Below, one piece after another: positions 48,674 to 57,613 of a stretch of 64,000 bases of DNA. Where the stretch lies: the IMG/VR virus record IMGVR_UViG_3300031787_000080. The stretch is one strand, 5' to 3'. Each line of letters begins with the position of its first letter. The first letter of the stretch is position 1. Source of the DNA: an uncultured virus (IMG/VR IMGVR_UViG_3300031787_000080) (taxonomy: Duplodnaviria; Heunggongvirae; Uroviricota; Caudoviricetes). Position numbers and translations under genes: made by a program. The notes beneath the pieces were generated by a model that worked only from the letters and a program-made list of their open reading frames with translations, was not told where the DNA came from and did not search any database.

Positions 48674-48898
48674 ATGAACATATATTCAACCAGCGCAGAA
48701 GAAATCGTTTCGGCGATTGTCAAGCAGCAAAAGAACAAGCCGACATTTGTGCATGTTCAAGGTGATGACAGTTATGAATTTTACATGACTGATGCCAATG
48801 TGTTCCTGTGCTACGATTGGAATATTAACAAGGAATTTAAGGTCGAAACGATTGAAGAACTGATCGACGAAATCAATCGACTCAAGTCGTACACCTAA
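48674..48898 (+). CDS. Hypothetical protein
   Basis: ORF after tRNA. Confidence 0.6.
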   Translation: MNIYSTSAEEIVSAIVKQQKNKPTFVHVQGDDSYEFYMTDANVFLCYDWNINKEFKVETIEELIDEINRLKSYT

Positions 48899-48943
48899 TT
48901 TTCCCCCGTTTTTACACGATCAGAATCAATATATAAAGGTATC

Positions 48944-49852
48944 ATGGACGAATCGCAGATCATCTTTTATTCTGTTTTTCTGGGGTTGATTTTCTTGAGC
49001 ATTGCGATTTACGCATTGTGCCAACACCTAGACAAGAAAAAGAAAGTAGAAAGAGTAGAGCTTTATTCATTTATCAAAACTGGTCTGGCACAGACGGTTG
49101 ATATCAAAGTGTTTTTTTCTACAATTGAAACAATGGCTCATAAGCAGCGCTGGAGTTGTTATCAGGTATCTAGGGCGATTGCTGAAGTTACTTGCACTTC
49201 GATGCTTAATAAACCAATAGGATCAGCATTATTTTCCTGGATTGATATACCCCGCTTTGCTGTGTGGTATGCAGTAAATGTTTTTGCCAGCGAAAACACA
49301 AGAAAAATGGCATGCATCAATCCACTTACTGCAATTGACTACGCTCTATATGTTGACAAAATGCCTCACCACACAACCAGATCAGCAGCATGTAGACTAG
49401 GCGTTGTCCCGAACTATCTCGAAGCCCCATACAATACTTTTTTTGCTATTGATCGCAGCTTTGGTTACACTAATGTTGAAAAACAACATAATTATAGTTT
49501 GCCTTGGAAGGTTTTAGTGTCATCTGGCAGGTTCGCAATAGATTATGCATTAAAGGTTGATAAATCCCCCAACGAAGAAACTAGAGAGGCGGCATGCAGG
49601 CATTTTGTAACGGCGATGGAGTATGCTATTCAGATTGATCGAGGTCCTAATGAAAAAACTCGGAAGGCCTGTTGTGAAGATGCACGCTGCGCCTTTGAAT
49701 ATGCTTTTAATATAGATAAGTCGGCGCATCCTGATACGTATAGATCAGTTTGCGGTTTGCAGCTCCATCACGGCCTTGTTAGGTGGAAGCATGTTAAATT
49801 CAATGATTTAGTTAGACAATATGAAGCTTCGTTGGGTAAACCAAAGATTTAA
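48944..49852 (+). CDS. Membrane-anchored repeat protein (A..YA..VDK.P...TR.AAC)
   Basis: N-terminal TM; ~25-aa repeats. Confidence 0.75.
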   Translation: MDESQIIFYSVFLGLIFLSIAIYALCQHLDKKKKVERVELYSFIKTGLAQTVDIKVFFSTIETMAHKQRWSCYQVSRAIAEVTCTSMLNKPIGSALFSWIDIPRFAVWYAVNVFASENTRKMACINPLTAIDYALYVDKMPHHTTRSAACRLGVVPNYLEAPYNTFFAIDRSFGYTNVEKQHNYSLPWKVLVSSGRFAIDYALKVDKSPNEETREAACRHFVTAMEYAIQIDRGPNEKTRKACCEDARCAFEYAFNIDKSAHPDTYRSVCGLQLHHGLVRWKHVKFNDLVRQYEASLGKPKI

Positions 49853-49897
49853 CTTAATTTTCCCCGTTTTTGCACGATCAGAATCAATATATAAAGT

Positions 49898-50225
49898 ATG
49901 AGCAAAATCACAATTGGAATCTACAAGTCCGATGGCACTCTACTTGGTTACAAGGCAAGCCCCAAGTGGACACTCACTTCTGACAAAAGTGATGCCGAAC
50001 GCTACGTTTACAATCCAAGCGGGGATGGTTACAATTACAACATTGAGAAAGTGTTCCATATTGTCACGCGCAATCATGGGGCCTCTAAATTTCGTTTTCG
50101 ATGAAATCTTCAACATACTAAAGTCTCACAAAGGTTTGAGAATCGGATATGAGTTTGAGGATTCTGACGAGCCTGTAATCACACACATGATTGAAAGCTC
50201 GGGTGTCTACCAAATTTCCCCTTAA
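49898..50225 (+). pseudogene. Frameshifted paralog of 50255
   Basis: N-half in one frame, C-half in another; one extra base near 50076-50081. Confidence 0.75.
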
Positions 50226-50254
50226 TTTCTAAAAAGCAATCAATATATAAAGCA

Positions 50255-50584
50255 ATGAAGGACACAATTGCTATTGGCATTTACCACTCTGACGGAAAAC
50301 TTCTCGGATACAAAGTAGACACGTTTTGGTCACTTTCTCAAGACAAAGCTGATGCCAAGCCTCACATTTTTGATGAAAAAGGAGAAATCCCCGATAATAT
50401 TATTGGTAATCTAAGTCAGATTGTCACGCGCAATATGGGTCCTCTAGCCTTCTTCTCCGCAGAAACCGTGAACAAGATCAGTTCTCATAAGGGTCTCCGA
50501 GTGGGCTATGAACAAGATGGCTCCGACAAGCCTGTGATCACACACATGATCGAGGCTACAGGGGTTCATAAAATTTCCCCTTAA
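50255..50584 (+). CDS. Hypothetical protein, paralog family H
   Basis: After promoter variant. Confidence 0.75.
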   Translation: MKDTIAIGIYHSDGKLLGYKVDTFWSLSQDKADAKPHIFDEKGEIPDNIIGNLSQIVTRNMGPLAFFSAETVNKISSHKGLRVGYEQDGSDKPVITHMIEATGVHKISP

Positions 50585-50612
50585 TTCCAAACAAAACTCC
50601 CTATATAAAGAC

Positions 50613-51509
50613 ATGAGTAGAGTAAAGAGAGTTATTGATAATGGTCTGGTATCGAAAAACTCAGTGCCAAAGCACTTCCCCGATTCGATTCAATACGAGA
50701 CGATCATGGGAAGTGTGGCCTACGGAGTGTCTTCTGATACGTCGGATATGGATATTTATGGATTTTGTATCCCGCCCAAGCACATTGTCTTTCCTCACTT
50801 AGCGGGACATATCCCTGGCTTTGGTCAACAGCCTGAGAAATTCGAGCAATGGTCGGTGCATCATATCAAAGATGAAGAAAAAAATACCGAGTACGATTTT
50901 TGCATTTACAATATCGTCAAGTATTTTAGTTTGGTTATGGAAAACAATCCCAACATGGTGGATTCTCTTTTCACTCCACAAAACGCGATTTTGCACTGCT
51001 CTCCAATCGCTCAAATGGTGCGTGACGAACGTCATATCTTCTTGCATAAGGGAGCGTGGCACAAGTTCAAGGGCTATGCCTACTCGCAGATGCACAAAAT
51101 TCGATCAAAGGAGGCTCCGCAAGGCAAGCGAAAAGAGCTGGTGGAACAGTTTGGATTCGACGTGAAGTTTGCTTATCATGTTGTAAGATTGATTGACGAA
51201 GTTGAGCAAATTCTTGTTGAGGGCACTCTTGATCTTCAAAGAAATCGAGAACAGCTTAAATCTATTCGGAGAGGTGAATGGACTTTAGAGGAAATCGAGG
51301 AATACTTTACTCGTCGAGAAAAAGAACTTGAGCTGGCTTATGCTAACTCAAAGCTGCCTCACACGCCCGATGAAAAGCGAATCCGCCAGCTTTTGATGAA
51401 TTGCCTTGAGCATCATTACGGAAACCTATCAGACGCCGTAGTGGATGTTGACGCGGCCACGAGAACACTTCAGCAAGTTGCGCATCTAATTCGACAAGGG
51501 GGATTCTAA
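50613..51509 (+). CDS. Nucleotidyltransferase (Pol-beta superfamily, NrdC.11/RlaP-like)
   Basis: GS.AYG.....SD.DI.G, NPN, F.GYA.SQ, FD.KFAYH..RL, L..IR.G. Confidence 0.85.
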   Translation: MSRVKRVIDNGLVSKNSVPKHFPDSIQYETIMGSVAYGVSSDTSDMDIYGFCIPPKHIVFPHLAGHIPGFGQQPEKFEQWSVHHIKDEEKNTEYDFCIYNIVKYFSLVMENNPNMVDSLFTPQNAILHCSPIAQMVRDERHIFLHKGAWHKFKGYAYSQMHKIRSKEAPQGKRKELVEQFGFDVKFAYHVVRLIDEVEQILVEGTLDLQRNREQLKSIRRGEWTLEEIEEYFTRREKELELAYANSKLPHTPDEKRIRQLLMNCLEHHYGNLSDAVVDVDAATRTLQQVAHLIRQGGF

Positions 51510-51549
51510 AAATCCCCCGTTTTTTCTTTTTTGATCAATATATAATTCC

Positions 51550-51900
51550 GTGAGCATCAACAGATTGCAGCTATCACCATCGGTTCTCGAAAAGCTCGAT
51601 TCTCTAATTAATCGAGCTAAGGAAATTGAGAAGAACGCTCCTGATGACTATGACGAAAATGGAGTCATCATTGATTTTTTGGGAGACAACACAAAGACCA
51701 AGGCCCAATCAGCGATCAGTTTTTTCCGCGATTCTATTACAGAACGAGCAACACGCCTTTCTGAAAATCTTGTTGAAGCTATTGAGCAACAGGTTCCGCA
51801 ATTACCAGATCATCCTCTTGAAGCCTTTGATATCGCGAATCAACCCAAAAGCCCAATGAGAAACATGATGATTCGGAATGAAATTGATCTTCTTGATTGA
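51550..51900 (+). CDS. Hypothetical protein
   Basis: After promoter. Confidence 0.65.
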   Translation: MSINRLQLSPSVLEKLDSLINRAKEIEKNAPDDYDENGVIIDFLGDNTKTKAQSAISFFRDSITERATRLSENLVEAIEQQVPQLPDHPLEAFDIANQPKSPMRNMMIRNEIDLLD

Positions 51901-51943
51901 TAAAATTCCCCTTTGTTTTTGAATCCAATCGGATATATAAGAA

Positions 51944-52300
51944 GTGAAGTTCAATCAAGAAGCGCCTGGTGAATTTGTTTCGTCCTGTGGCAATTGGTGC
52001 ATTCAAGCATCCAATTCTAAGTTCCGCGCATTTAAGGTTTTCACTCAAATCAACCTTGGGCCTTTTGACACTTTTGAATTAGCAGTCGCGGGCATCGGCG
52101 ATTATGACCCCAGCACTTGCAGCCGCGATGAAGAATTCGATGTTGATGACCGTGTGCAAGTTCCCGCGCCCGTAGAGGGCGATTTGCACAATCATGAATT
52201 TGTTGGTACAATTGTGGGTTTTCGTGAAGATTATGCCCAGGTCGAAGATATGGAAGGTAATGTTTTCGATATTGAACCATGCAGACTCGAAAAGATTTAG
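51944..52300 (+). CDS. Hypothetical protein
   Basis: After promoter. Confidence 0.7.
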   Translation: MKFNQEAPGEFVSSCGNWCIQASNSKFRAFKVFTQINLGPFDTFELAVAGIGDYDPSTCSRDEEFDVDDRVQVPAPVEGDLHNHEFVGTIVGFREDYAQVEDMEGNVFDIEPCRLEKI

Positions 52301-52345
52301 TCAAAAAATCCCCTTAGTTCATGGTGCAAAAATCATATATTAAGG

Positions 52346-52657
52346 GTGGACAAGCGAGAACCCAGTAACCTTTTTGACGCTTTTAGCATTTGTGCAGAAA
52401 TTATTAAGCAAATGCTAGCAGGACGTTCGACTGCCGAAATCATCGACAGCATTGACGTGAATGAAGAACATCTTGCCAACATTGCCGCCGACATGATTGT
52501 TGTTTGTGGGTTGAATAATGATTTGGCGATGGTTCTTAATGATGGAGAAACTTACACAAACATCTCAGGGTGTTCTATTCGGCAAATGACCGAAGAGTTT
52601 GACGAAGATGGGGAGTTCGTTGAAGATACGTTCGGTGACCCTATCATCGTAATGTGA
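52346..52657 (+). CDS. Hypothetical protein
   Basis: After promoter. Confidence 0.65.
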   Translation: MDKREPSNLFDAFSICAEIIKQMLAGRSTAEIIDSIDVNEEHLANIAADMIVVCGLNNDLAMVLNDGETYTNISGCSIRQMTEEFDEDGEFVEDTFGDPIIVM

Positions 52658-52780
52658 GTAAATTGACAGGAAACTAATCGGGGCAATGAAGCCCTGATTT
52701 TTTATAACTTTCTACGATTGTGCGGCACGATCATTATAAAAATCCCCCTTATTAATCGGCTCAATTTACTATAATGATAT

Positions 52781-53119
52781 ATGTACCACGTAGACGATTG
52801 CGTTATCGGAAAAGAAATTGCAAGTCAGGCTGAATATCATATCAATGTTTATGACTATGACGTTCGGTTATGTTCCGATGGCTGTTGCATTGAGGCGCGG
52901 ACGGCAGCTGAACTTTGGAGCAACGACTGTAAAACTTTTCTAACCGAAGATGTGGATGGGTTTTGCAATAGTGGCGAGGCCGCTCAGAAGGTAATCAATT
53001 TGGCCAAGGCGCGTGGCCTCAATGTTCATCGAGGTAATACGGCGATCTATGTGGACGGCGATAGAGATTGTTCTAACGAATTGATTTACGGATTGAAAAA
53101 ATTTCCCCTAGATTACTGA
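52781..53119 (+). CDS. Hypothetical protein
   Basis: After promoter. Confidence 0.65.
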   Translation: MYHVDDCVIGKEIASQAEYHINVYDYDVRLCSDGCCIEARTAAELWSNDCKTFLTEDVDGFCNSGEAAQKVINLAKARGLNVHRGNTAIYVDGDRDCSNELIYGLKKFPLDY

Positions 53120-53143
53120 GACAAGAGGCATATATAAACTACC

Positions 53144-53884
53144 ATGACAATCGAACACGATAACATCGAAGAGCGAGTTGGAAAGGGAACTTTAATTCGT
53201 ATTTCCAAGCTGCTTACCATGGCGAAGGATAAGCGCACGAACGAGAATGAAGCCCATAGCGCTATGCAATCGGCTCTTGCGCTTTTGTCTCGGTATAACA
53301 TTACGGCTTCTGATGTTGAGAATTCGGGCATTTTCGAGGAAGCAGTGGGTTCTGAATCTTTTAATCCAACTGAAAATCGAAATCACTCCACATGGCGATC
53401 CCAGCTAATCAATTCCATCGCAAGCACTCACTTCTGTCATGTCTATCGACGAAACGGGGGCGAGTTTATTCTGACTGGTAAGGAAACTAATCGTGCCGCC
53501 GCGATGATGCTTTTTCAGTATCTTTCCGTCGTGATTGAAGAAAATGCCCTTCAGGCTGTCCGCGAATACGACGGATGGGAATCGAAAAAGACTTATGGCA
53601 ATGCCTATCGGCTTGGAATGGTGACTCGAATTAATGAACGACTTATTGACCAAAAGCGCCAAATTATTCAAGAGGCTTCATCCAATAACACTGAAATTGT
53701 TGCTGTCAATCCTTATGAACAGGCCGAAAAAGAAAATCAAGCCTATGTCAAATCGAAGGGCGTAAAACTGTCGTCACACGCCTCAAGCAGTAATCTTGGA
53801 AGTGGCGCGGGTTGGCATCGAGGGCGCAAAGATGGCGAGCGCGTTGGGCTTACCGCTGGGCGAGCACTAGGATATAAAAAGTGA
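53144..53884 (+). CDS. DUF2786-domain protein
   Basis: RI.KLL..A....NENEA..A...A..LL.RYNI; W...L...IA...FC; Y..G; G...GR.DG. Confidence 0.8.
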   Translation: MTIEHDNIEERVGKGTLIRISKLLTMAKDKRTNENEAHSAMQSALALLSRYNITASDVENSGIFEEAVGSESFNPTENRNHSTWRSQLINSIASTHFCHVYRRNGGEFILTGKETNRAAAMMLFQYLSVVIEENALQAVREYDGWESKKTYGNAYRLGMVTRINERLIDQKRQIIQEASSNNTEIVAVNPYEQAEKENQAYVKSKGVKLSSHASSSNLGSGAGWHRGRKDGERVGLTAGRALGYKK

Positions 53885-54309
53885 GAGATACGCAAAAAGC
53901 CAAATTTTACAAATTCGAGGACTATATCATCAAGCGATTCCTCCAAAAAGAACTACATGATGGACTTGAATTTCGAGAAATCGAAGGGCTTGTTGGAAGA
54001 ATCTGCCATTCTTATAATGTCCGCCCGCCAAAGATAAAGGTCGGTCGGCAGAATTCGAGCAAAGCCTACTACAAAACGATTGACCATAGTATCACGCTTC
54101 CGCCATGGGCTCAGAGAACATGGACGGTAGTCCATGAAACAGCTCATGCAATTACTTATGGGAAAGGATATAAGGACCCTGGGCACGATGGTGATTTTGT
54201 TGGAGTATGGGTAGAGCTTTTTTCAAGAATGTATGACATCCCCAAGGAAACTCTTGAGTCGGAAGTTAAGCTGGCGGGATTGAGATATGTCAAATTTTCC
54301 CCCAAATAA
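53881..54309 (+). CDS. SprT-like zinc metallopeptidase
   Basis: MRD.Q, ITLP.WA....VVHETAH...H...F. Confidence 0.78.
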   Translation: MRDTQKAKFYKFEDYIIKRFLQKELHDGLEFREIEGLVGRICHSYNVRPPKIKVGRQNSSKAYYKTIDHSITLPPWAQRTWTVVHETAHAITYGKGYKDPGHDGDFVGVWVELFSRMYDIPKETLESEVKLAGLRYVKFSPK

Positions 54310-54334
54310 ATCAGAAAGAAATCATATATAAGAC

Positions 54335-54550
54335 ATGAACACCAAGCAAAATCAGGTCGCAGATGACATTTATAATCGGCTTTCCAGTTCCGCGCCTGGG
54401 TTTTATCGATATTGGTCTGATACGGTTGACCGATCAGTGGCCCAAGCACTAATCAAAAAGGGACCATTTTTCAGTTACGGCAATTCTTGGCGATTCAAGG
54501 CCGAAAGTCTCGGGGCTGGAATGTATCGTGTCAAGATCATTGAAGCCTAG
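54335..54550 (+). CDS. Hypothetical protein
   Basis: After promoter variant. Confidence 0.6.
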   Translation: MNTKQNQVADDIYNRLSSSAPGFYRYWSDTVDRSVAQALIKKGPFFSYGNSWRFKAESLGAGMYRVKIIEA

Positions 54551-54621
54551 TCCCGATCAGGCCATCTTCATAAAAATCCCTTATTTTTATCGTTTCGATT
54601 CGATATAAAAAGGGAGGCTAA

Positions 54622-55074
54622 ATGATTACCCTTTTCAAGTTCGAGACCGAAGATGACGGCACGATTATCATTCCGATGGAGAAAATCGGAGTCACTATCA
54701 AGGACCTACAAGATGCCTTCAAGGAGGCAAAAGAACACGCCCAAGACGAATATGATGTAGAGCTGACCAAAGACACGATTTTCACAGTCGAAGAAGTCCA
54801 CGGCCTGAAAGATTTTCTTGAGAAATACACTCTAATCGAGCGTCCGACGGCGAAGGCTGGCAAACCGTTCTCTAAAGCCGTTTTTGACCCTGATTTGCAT
54901 ACCCTTCCCGAAGTTGCAGACCAGAACCAAGTCTGGACCTGGACCGATTGTGATGATGGCGGAAGTTATCTGATTCAAGGATACCATCATGCCAATCGCT
55001 TGGGCTATATCTTTACTGAAAACAAAGATGGAGAACCAGTGCCGATTGATGGAAACTCCTACTTTGTAGACTAG
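54622..55074 (+). CDS. Hypothetical protein
   Basis: GGGAGG SD; VWT.....G.H..NRLGY..T. Confidence 0.7.
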   Translation: MITLFKFETEDDGTIIIPMEKIGVTIKDLQDAFKEAKEHAQDEYDVELTKDTIFTVEEVHGLKDFLEKYTLIERPTAKAGKPFSKAVFDPDLHTLPEVADQNQVWTWTDCDDGGSYLIQGYHHANRLGYIFTENKDGEPVPIDGNSYFVD

Positions 55075-55194
55075 GTGACTGGGAACAAGAAAGGGGGAAG
55101 TAACTCCCTCTTTCTTTATGACTTTCCGTGATTATGCGCCACGATCATTAAAAATCCCCTATATCTTATATTCCAATCGGATATATAAGATATA

Positions 55195-55365
55195 ATGAAA
55201 ACCAAACATGTTTTTCGAGTTTACCCCAAGAATGCAACATCTTCCGAGGATGCTTTGGTAATTGAGAAAACCATAAGCCCGAAATCTGTCCTTCGAGTAA
55301 TGGGAAACCTTCTTGGCAAGTATAATGCTTCAGAAGTGGCTTTATTGAAATCCGAGGACAAATAA
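55195..55365 (+). CDS. Small hypothetical protein (56 aa)
   Basis: ATG after promoter. Confidence 0.55.
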   Translation: MKTKHVFRVYPKNATSSEDALVIEKTISPKSVLRVMGNLLGKYNASEVALLKSEDK

Positions 55366-55442
55366 GACTTTTTTAACAAAAAGTCCCAAAATCATAGGAC
55401 GATTTTGTTTTTTGATCGTATAATAGATAAGGACACTTTATT

Positions 55443-55535
55443 ATGAAGACCCACACCACATCAAATACGAATATGGTCTTCACCCGACGCAATTCCGCGA
55501 CGGGCGTCCAACAACGCTGTCGGCGTTCCGCTTAA
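55443..55535 (+). CDS. Leader peptide MKTHTTSNTNMVFTRRNSATGVQQRCRRSA (putative attenuator)
   Basis: TATAAT and TAAGGA SD; QQRCRR matches the downstream Gln/Gln/Arg/Arg/Cys tRNAs. Confidence 0.75.
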   Translation: MKTHTTSNTNMVFTRRNSATGVQQRCRRSA

Positions 55536-55624
55536 GTCGGGCTGACACGTTACCACCTGCAAGTAACTTCTTTTTCGAAGAATTAGCCCGCTCTCTGAGC
55601 GAGACGTCGATTATCATCTCGTGC

Positions 55625-55698
55625 TCGGGGATCGTCTAGAGGCAGGACTCTGGTCTCTGGAACCAGAAGCGGTGGTTCGAATCCATCTCTCCGAGCCA
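55625..55698 (+). tRNA. tRNA-Gln(CTG)
   Basis: U1-A72, CTGGT-CT CTG GA-ACCAG, G73, CCA. Confidence 0.93.
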
Positions 55699-55705
55699 GC
55701 TTCAC

Positions 55706-55791
55706 TGGGTCTTAGGCGAATTGGTAGAGCCGCCTGTCTTTGGAACAGGACTCCTGAAAAGGTGGAGGTTCGAATCCTCCCGACCCAGCCA
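55706..55791 (+). tRNA. tRNA-Gln(TTG), long variable region
   Basis: CCTGT-CT TTG GA-ACAGG, T arm, G73, CCA. Confidence 0.85.
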
Positions 55792-55863
55792 ATTAAAGGC
55801 TTTATGCATTTTGAAAAAATAATTAAAAAAGGCTTTCTTAACAGAAGTACATAATTAAAACGA

Positions 55864-56649
55864 GTGATTCAAACTTCCAATAAGAAAACAAGAGTAAAGC
55901 GCAGTCGAATTTGGACGATGCCTAAAGACGAGTTCGCTCAACTAGTGGCCTCAAGTCAAACTTATGTCGAAATTCTCCGAGCCATTAACTACACCATACG
56001 AGGAGGAGCTTTTCGAATTTTAAAAGAACGAATTGCGACAGAAATGATCGACGATTCACATATATTAAAGAATGGAAGGCAAACCATTTATGCCCATAGA
56101 TTCAATACTCGGTCAGATGACGATATATTTTGCGAAAATTCTACATACAATAGTGGCCCTGCCCTGAAAAAGAGAATGATTAAGCTAGGCTTACCTGAAG
56201 AATGCACAAAATGTGGGCTTGGTGCAACATGGAATGATGAACCTCTATCTCTGCAAGTAGACCATATCAATGGGGTGCGCAACGATAACAGATTAGAGAA
56301 TTTGAGGCTTCTGTGCCCAAATTGTCATTCTCAAACCGAAAATTTTGCTGGCAGAAAGTTGAACGCAAAAAACAAATCATGTCCAGAATGCTGCGCTAAG
56401 ATCAGTGGATACCGTAAAGATCAGAGATGCCAATCTTGTGCCAATAAGATCAGGTCTAGAGAAATGCAACTAATATCAAAACCATCAAAAGACGAGCTTC
56501 AAGATATGTTGTGGAAAATGCCCGCGACTAGGATTGCTAAGATATACAATGTGTCCGATAAAACAGTTGGTAATTGGGCTAAATCCTACAAAATTGACAA
56601 ACCGAGCCGTGGACACTGGGTCAAAAAAAATACTCCCCCCCCCTTGTAG
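55864..56649 (+). CDS. HNH homing endonuclease with C-terminal Zn-finger/HTH
   Basis: C..CG....WN...L.LQVDHING...DNRLENLR.LCPNCHSQT; IAK.YNVSD..V..W. Confidence 0.9.
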   Translation: MIQTSNKKTRVKRSRIWTMPKDEFAQLVASSQTYVEILRAINYTIRGGAFRILKERIATEMIDDSHILKNGRQTIYAHRFNTRSDDDIFCENSTYNSGPALKKRMIKLGLPEECTKCGLGATWNDEPLSLQVDHINGVRNDNRLENLRLLCPNCHSQTENFAGRKLNAKNKSCPECCAKISGYRKDQRCQSCANKIRSREMQLISKPSKDELQDMLWKMPATRIAKIYNVSDKTVGNWAKSYKIDKPSRGHWVKKNTPPPL

Positions 56650-56715
56650 CTTAATGGATAGAGCGCAGCACTTCGGATGCTGATGTTATGGGTTCGAGTC
56701 CTATCGAGGGGGCCA
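56640..56715 (+). tRNA. tRNA-Arg(TCG)
   Basis: CAGCA-CT TCG GA-TGCTG, CCA. Confidence 0.93.
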
Positions 56716-56726
56716 AAATTTAAAAC

Positions 56727-56802
56727 ACGCCTGTAGCTCAGTGGATAGAGCATCAGCTTGCGGAGCTGAGGGTCGGAGGTTCGAACCCTCTCAGGCGTGC
56801 CA
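56727..56802 (+). tRNA. tRNA-Arg(GCG)
   Basis: TCAGC-TT GCG GA-GCTGA, CCA. Confidence 0.93.
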
Positions 56803-56808
56803 ATATAC

Positions 56809-56883
56809 GGCCACGTACCCAAATGGTTAAGGGCTCCCTCTGCAAAAGGGATGTTGCGAGTTCGATTCTCGCCGTGGCCTCCA
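56809..56883 (+). tRNA. tRNA-Cys(GCA)
   Basis: TCCCT-CT GCA AA-AGGGA, U73, CCA. Confidence 0.95.
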
Positions 56884-56927
56884 AAAATCCCCTATATTTT
56901 TGTCACAATCGGATATATAGTTAGAGA

Positions 56928-57494
56928 ATGACCCAGATTCAAATCGAAGCCGCGAAGCAAATGAAAAAGGCCTGCTATCGGAGTCGCGGGACCTTAATCA
57001 AAGCAATTCTGGCTTATGTCGAATACCTGATGCGATGTTCGGATTGCCCGCGCAATTGGCCCAAGCACAATCAAGTGAACGTTTCTGCCGAAACTCTAAA
57101 GTCTCTTGCGTGGCTTTACGGCAATTATCATACTGCGGTTTTAGGACAGAAGTTAAACAACCTTCAGTTTTGGATTGAAGAAAGTGGTCGTCAAATCCCG
57201 AGCGAATCTATCGAAGACTATCATGTAAACTCTCTTGACAATAGGATGCTTACCCGAAGAGAGATTTGGGCTGGTGAGATTTTGAGTCACTTGGTTTTTG
57301 CGATTGTCTTTCCCGAAGAAATGGCTCAGACGGGGCTGACTGCTGATGGAATGAATCAAAGATTCGCGGAACTTGATTATGATTTTAACTTGGTGCTTGA
57401 AGATGCTTCAGAAGGCTACGGGACGATTTGCGCATGGATGTCTAAATCAACATCGGTTGAAGTCTTGCGAGACATCTGGCACTTAAACAAGTAA
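56928..57494 (+). CDS. Hypothetical protein
   Basis: After promoter. Confidence 0.7.
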   Translation: MTQIQIEAAKQMKKACYRSRGTLIKAILAYVEYLMRCSDCPRNWPKHNQVNVSAETLKSLAWLYGNYHTAVLGQKLNNLQFWIEESGRQIPSESIEDYHVNSLDNRMLTRREIWAGEILSHLVFAIVFPEEMAQTGLTADGMNQRFAELDYDFNLVLEDASEGYGTICAWMSKSTSVEVLRDIWHLNK

Positions 57495-57613
57495 GTTGAT
57501 AAAAATACCCCTGTCCACCAAGGGGTATTTTTTATTACTTTCTACGATTATGGTTCACGATCATTATAAAAAATCCCCTGTTTTCGAGAAATCAAAACAA
57601 TATATAAAATAGA

